Origin: an uncultured Acidobacteriota bacterium
Lineage (GTDB): Bacteria > Acidobacteriota > Blastocatellia > RBC074
Length of the DNA stretch: 64,000 nucleotides
Direction: 5' to 3'
Assembly: GCA_963796275.1 (NCBI GenBank)
Contig: CAWCKY010000006.1
Span: 1,216,001 to 1,280,000 of the forward strand
Made by a program: the position numbers and the translations under genes. Positions 59,763 to 64,000 of this stretch are shown here, piece after piece; positions within the stretch are counted from its first letter, which is position 1, and the number at the start of each line of letters is the position of its first letter. Below the pieces are notes generated by a model. The model did no database searches, was not told the DNA's origin, and saw only the letters and a list, made by a program, of their open reading frames with translations.

Positions 59763-60293
59763 CTAGCTCTCTGTCTGCTCTTTCTGTTTCGCGATCTCGT
59801 TGATGACCACGACCAGATTGCGGGGTACTTCGTTGAGTACCGTCGCCAGCCGTTGAGCCTGCGCATTGAGCACAAACATAAGTTTGCTCACGAGCTCTTC
59901 CTTCGACGGCATCTTGGCGAGCGCTTCGATATCCTTGACCTTGATGACGCGGCCCTCAACGATTCCCGCCTTGAATTTGAGCTGCGCATTATCTTTTGCG
60001 AAATTACTCAGGACTTTAGCCAGACCGACCGGGTCCGTATCGCTATAGGCGATGGCGGTCATCCCGATGAAATGCTCCTTCAGCGGCTCGAGCGGCGTTC
60101 CTTCCACGGCGATCCGGCATAGCGTGTTCTTCACCACGCGATAGTTCAAATCCGCCTGGCTCAAAGCTCTGCGTAATTCCCAGTCTTTCACCACCGGCAG
60201 TCCCTGGAAATTCACGATGAGAGCATTGTCGGTCTTGCTGAAATCTTCTTTCAATACCGCAATATCTTGTTCTTTCTCTTGTCTTGTTTTCAT
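59763..60293 (-). CDS. rplJ: 50S ribosomal protein L10
   Basis: [23 protein letters not shown]; located between rplA and rplL. Confidence 0.95.
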   Translation of the reverse strand: MKTRQEKEQDIAVLKEDFSKTDNALIVNFQGLPVVKDWELRRALSQADLNYRVVKNTLCRIAVEGTPLEPLKEHFIGMTAIAYSDTDPVGLAKVLSNFAKDNAQLKFKAGIVEGRVIKVKDIEALAKMPSKEELVSKLMFVLNAQAQRLATVLNEVPRNLVVVINEIAKQKEQTES

Positions 60294-60347
60294 GACTGAT
60301 CTCTATAGTTAAATCGTTTGCCCGTTATCCCCTTTATTACCGCCCCG

Positions 60348-61040
60348 TTATGCCCCGACGGATGCCGGATCGATCAGGATGCCCGGCCCCATGGTCGTCG
60401 CGACATTAACTTTTTTGACGTATTTGCCTTTAGCGGTCGCCGGTTTGGCTTTGATCACCGCGTCGATCAACGCTTTGGCATTTTCGGTAATCTTTTCAGG
60501 AGCGAAAGAGACTTTACCGACGGGAACATGGATCACGCCGGTTTTGTCCACCCGGTACTCAACCTTTCCGGCCTTGGTCTCTCTCACGGCATTCGCGAGG
60601 TCGGGCGTCACCGTGCCAGTCTTCGGGTTGGGCATTAGGCCACGCGGCCCCAGAATCTTGCCCAGCGTTCCGACGGAACGCATTACGTCCGGCGTCGCAA
60701 TCAGGGCATCGAAATTGAGATAGCCACCTTTGATCTTATCGACCAGGTCATCGCCGCCGACCTCATCGGCTCCCGCCTCCTGAGCTTCGCGTTGCTTCTC
60801 GGGCGTGCCTGCGATGACGGCGACGCGTTTCGATTTCCCCAGCCCGTTGGGAAGAACGAGCGTACCGCGCACCAACTGATCAGCCTTGCGCGGGTCGACT
60901 CCGAGGACCATTGTCACTTCGATCGTCTCATCGAACTTGGCGAAGGATATCTTCTTGGCCAGCGAGATGGCGTCGTTCAAAGAATAGAGTTTTCCGACCT
61001 CGACTTGAGCGAGCGCGGCGATAAACTTTTTTCCTGCCAT
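60348..61040 (-). CDS. rplA: 50S ribosomal protein L1
   Basis: [30 protein letters not shown] and TTMGPGI motifs. Confidence 0.97.
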   Translation of the reverse strand: MAGKKFIAALAQVEVGKLYSLNDAISLAKKISFAKFDETIEVTMVLGVDPRKADQLVRGTLVLPNGLGKSKRVAVIAGTPEKQREAQEAGADEVGGDDLVDKIKGGYLNFDALIATPDVMRSVGTLGKILGPRGLMPNPKTGTVTPDLANAVRETKAGKVEYRVDKTGVIHVPVGKVSFAPEKITENAKALIDAVIKAKPATAKGKYVKKVNVATTMGPGILIDPASVGA

Positions 61041-61059
61041 TAATTATTTTCCTTTCAGG

Positions 61060-61108
61060 TCTTAACGTGACGGAACCGCCAATGGGGCACCTTCACTCCC
61101 TCTTAAGA
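61060..61108 (-). promoter_or_regulatory. Possible L1-binding operator hairpin upstream of rplA
   Basis: Minus strand: GUGAAGGUGCC...GGCGGUUCCGUCAC, a helix with an asymmetric internal loop just before the rplA RBS. Resemblance only. Confidence 0.3.
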
Positions 61109-61189
61109 TATTGCGGATTACAGACTACCGATCACGAATGCTTATTCACTTCTGGGTTTTTGTGGTGAACATTCCGCCGCAATACGCAA

Positions 61190-61613
61190 TCATTTGATCT
61201 CCAACCCCATACTTCTGGCCGTGCCTTCGATGGTACGGATGGCGGATTCGAGATTGGTGGTGTTGAGATCGGGCATCTTCGTCTTCGCAATCTCTTCGAT
61301 CTGATCGCGCGTGATCGTCCCGATCTTCTCCCGGTTAGGTTTCCCAGAGCCCTTTTCTATCTTCGCCGCCTTTTTCAGGAGATCGGCCGCTGGCGGCGTT
61401 TTGGTGTTAAACGTAAACGAACGATCAGCGAATACCGTGATGACAACGGGGATCTTGACATCGGCCCATGTTCGCCGTCTTCGCGTTGAATGCTTTGCAG
61501 AACTCCATGATGTTCACGCCTTGCTGGCCGAGCGCCGGGCCGATCGGCGGCGCCGGATTGGCTTTTCCGGCCGGAACCTGGAGTTTGATATAACCTGTAA
61601 TTTTCTTTGCCAT
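61190..61613 (-). CDS. rplK: 50S ribosomal protein L11; frameshifted in the assembly
   Basis: [30 protein letters not shown]; other frame [13 protein letters not shown]...GTARSMG. Confidence 0.95.
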
Positions 61614-61619
61614 AAATCA

Positions 61620-61694
61620 ATTTTCAGTTTTCAGTTTTTAGTTATCAGTTTTCAATTCGATTCAGAACTGAAAACCGATAACTAAAAACTGAAA
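61620..61694. repeat. AGTTTTC heptamer inverted repeat between nusG and rplK
   Basis: ttttcagttttcagttttagttatcagtttt ... aactgaaaaccgataactaaaaactgaaa. Confidence 0.85.
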
Positions 61695-61702
61695 TCTGCT
61701 TT

Positions 61703-62273
61703 TTACTCCTCTTCTGCGAAAGTAACTTTCTCAACATCCAGAAATTCAGCTCGACCGGAGTCGATCGCCCGAAGATCGTCACGGTGACTTTCAGCAGGCT
61801 CTTTTCGGGTATGACTTCTTCAACCTTGCCGGTGAAGCTGGTGAAAGGGCCTTGACTTGATGCGCACCGTCTCGCCCGCGTTCGAACGTAAATTTCGGCT
61901 TCGGTTTTTCAGCCGCGACGGTCACGTGATGTACGATCTGATCCACTTCCTCCGGAGTAAGCGGCGTCGGTTTTGCTGCTCCGCCCGACGAAACCCGTCA
62001 CTTTCGGAGTTGACTTGATCAAATGAAAGACGTTATCGGAGATTTCGCCATTCTCGTCGCATTCGATCTCGACCAGCACGTAGCCGGGATAGAACATTCG
62101 CGTACGATTCGATACGCTTGTTGCCACGCATCTCGACGACCGTTTCGGTAGGAACCAGAACCTCTGTGATCTCGTCTTCCATATCGATATCCCGGATGCG
62201 TGTGTTCAGGCTATCCCGCACCTTCCTCTCATGCCCTGAATATGTATGTAGTAATGAACCACTGCTTAGCCAT
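61703..62273 (-). CDS. nusG: Transcription termination/antitermination factor NusG; frameshifted
   Basis: [44 protein letters not shown] and [10 protein letters not shown] motifs. Confidence 0.93.
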
Positions 62274-62297
62274 GTCTTCTCGCAATATCATCTCGAA

Positions 62298-62567
62298 TTA
62301 CAGCCGGCGTACTAACCGAATATCTTCCTGGCCCCCCACTCTAAACCTTCGATCAGTAAACTGAAAAGTTTGATCCGCAAAGTAGAGATAGACTGCGAAG
62401 AAGAAGATAGCTACGATCACAATGATCGTCGTATTAACGACCTCATTGCGCACAGGCCACGAGACTCTTTTCATTTCCGCTTTGACATCGTGCCAAAACT
62501 GGCGAATGTTCGTCAGCCAATTGGGCGATTTGGGAGCCAATGCGTTGCTCATTTGCGCTTCTGCCAT
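62298..62567 (-). CDS. secE: Preprotein translocase subunit SecE (3' end probably frameshifted)
   Basis: VKAEMKRVSWP followed by a TM helix; located between tRNA-Trp and nusG. Confidence 0.9.
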   Translation of the reverse strand: MAEAQMSNALAPKSPNWLTNIRQFWHDVKAEMKRVSWPVRNEVVNTTIIVIVAIFFFAVYLYFADQTFQFTDRRFRVGGQEDIRLVRRL

Positions 62568-62659
62568 CGATGCAGATCCTTCGCGCGGTGCTCGATGTTG
62601 CCATTTTCCTCACCTCAATCGCCGGACGTCCGACTGGTTTTCCTCATGCTTCAATTTTC

Positions 62660-62735
62660 TGGCAGGGGTACCAGGATTCGAACCCGGACTTTCGGTTTTG
62701 GAGACCGACGTGCTAACCGTTGACACTATACCCCT
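62660..62735 (-). tRNA. tRNA-Trp(CCA)
   Basis: Minus strand: AGGGGTA...TCGGT-CTCCAAA-ACCGA...GGTTCGAATCC-TGGTACCCCT-GCCA. Confidence 0.96.
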
Positions 62736-62839
62736 AGATCATTGCATACGATTTGCCATTTCACAATTGTCATTGACTGCATACTTTAGGCGCGAATAAA
62801 TGACTAATCGTGCAATGACAATGTGCAATCGGCAAATGC

Positions 62840-62991
62840 TTACTTCGTTTCTTTATGATCAGTGTGCTTGCGGCAACGGCGACAGAACTTGCTGAACTCA
62901 AGCCGATCAGGCGTGGTCTTCTTATTCTTGTCGTTACGTAGTTGCGGCTCTTGCAATCGCTACACTGAAGAACAATATTATCGCGTGGCAT
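62840..62991 (-). CDS. rpmG: 50S ribosomal protein L33 (zinc-ribbon form); one-base frameshift
   Basis: [18 protein letters not shown]...[21 protein letters not shown]. Confidence 0.92.
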
Positions 62992-63077
62992 AATCTTATT
63001 TCCGATTTCCGATTGCCATTTCCATTGTTCTGCCGATGCTTTCAATCGGCAATCGGCAAACTGAAAATCTCAATCCT

Positions 63078-64000
<923 letters not shown>

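Overview
About 64 kb of bacterial chromosome, most likely Acidobacteriota (Blastocatellia-like). This is inferred from kinase/TolB-propeller fusions, a POTRA-only protein, a short PheT and a Cys-rich RpoB insert. The window holds an Atu/Mcc-like acyl-CoA carboxylase and dehydrogenase cluster, assorted transport and peptidase genes, hemL, rlmB, tRNA-Val, and the thrS-infC-rpmI-rplT-pheS-(POTRA gene)-pheT-zapB-zapA operon. It also has a triple CPV/CCxxC metal-motif protein, a 13 x ~80 bp REP/BIME-like array, an IS3 element truncating a subtilase gene, and the tuf-rpmG-tRNA-Trp-secE-nusG-rplKAJL-rpoBC cluster on the minus strand. Many essential genes carry indels, most likely sequencing or polishing errors rather than pseudogenes. 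The most unusual signals are non-coding: two candidate structured RNAs sharing a GUGGGG motif (11.3-11.5 kb and 24.5-24.66 kb), the mosaic 80-bp array, nested palindromic elements, and recurrent heptamer-based inverted repeats just after stop codons. No CRISPR array, reverse transcriptase or prophage was seen. All assignments come from motif recognition by eye, without database searches.
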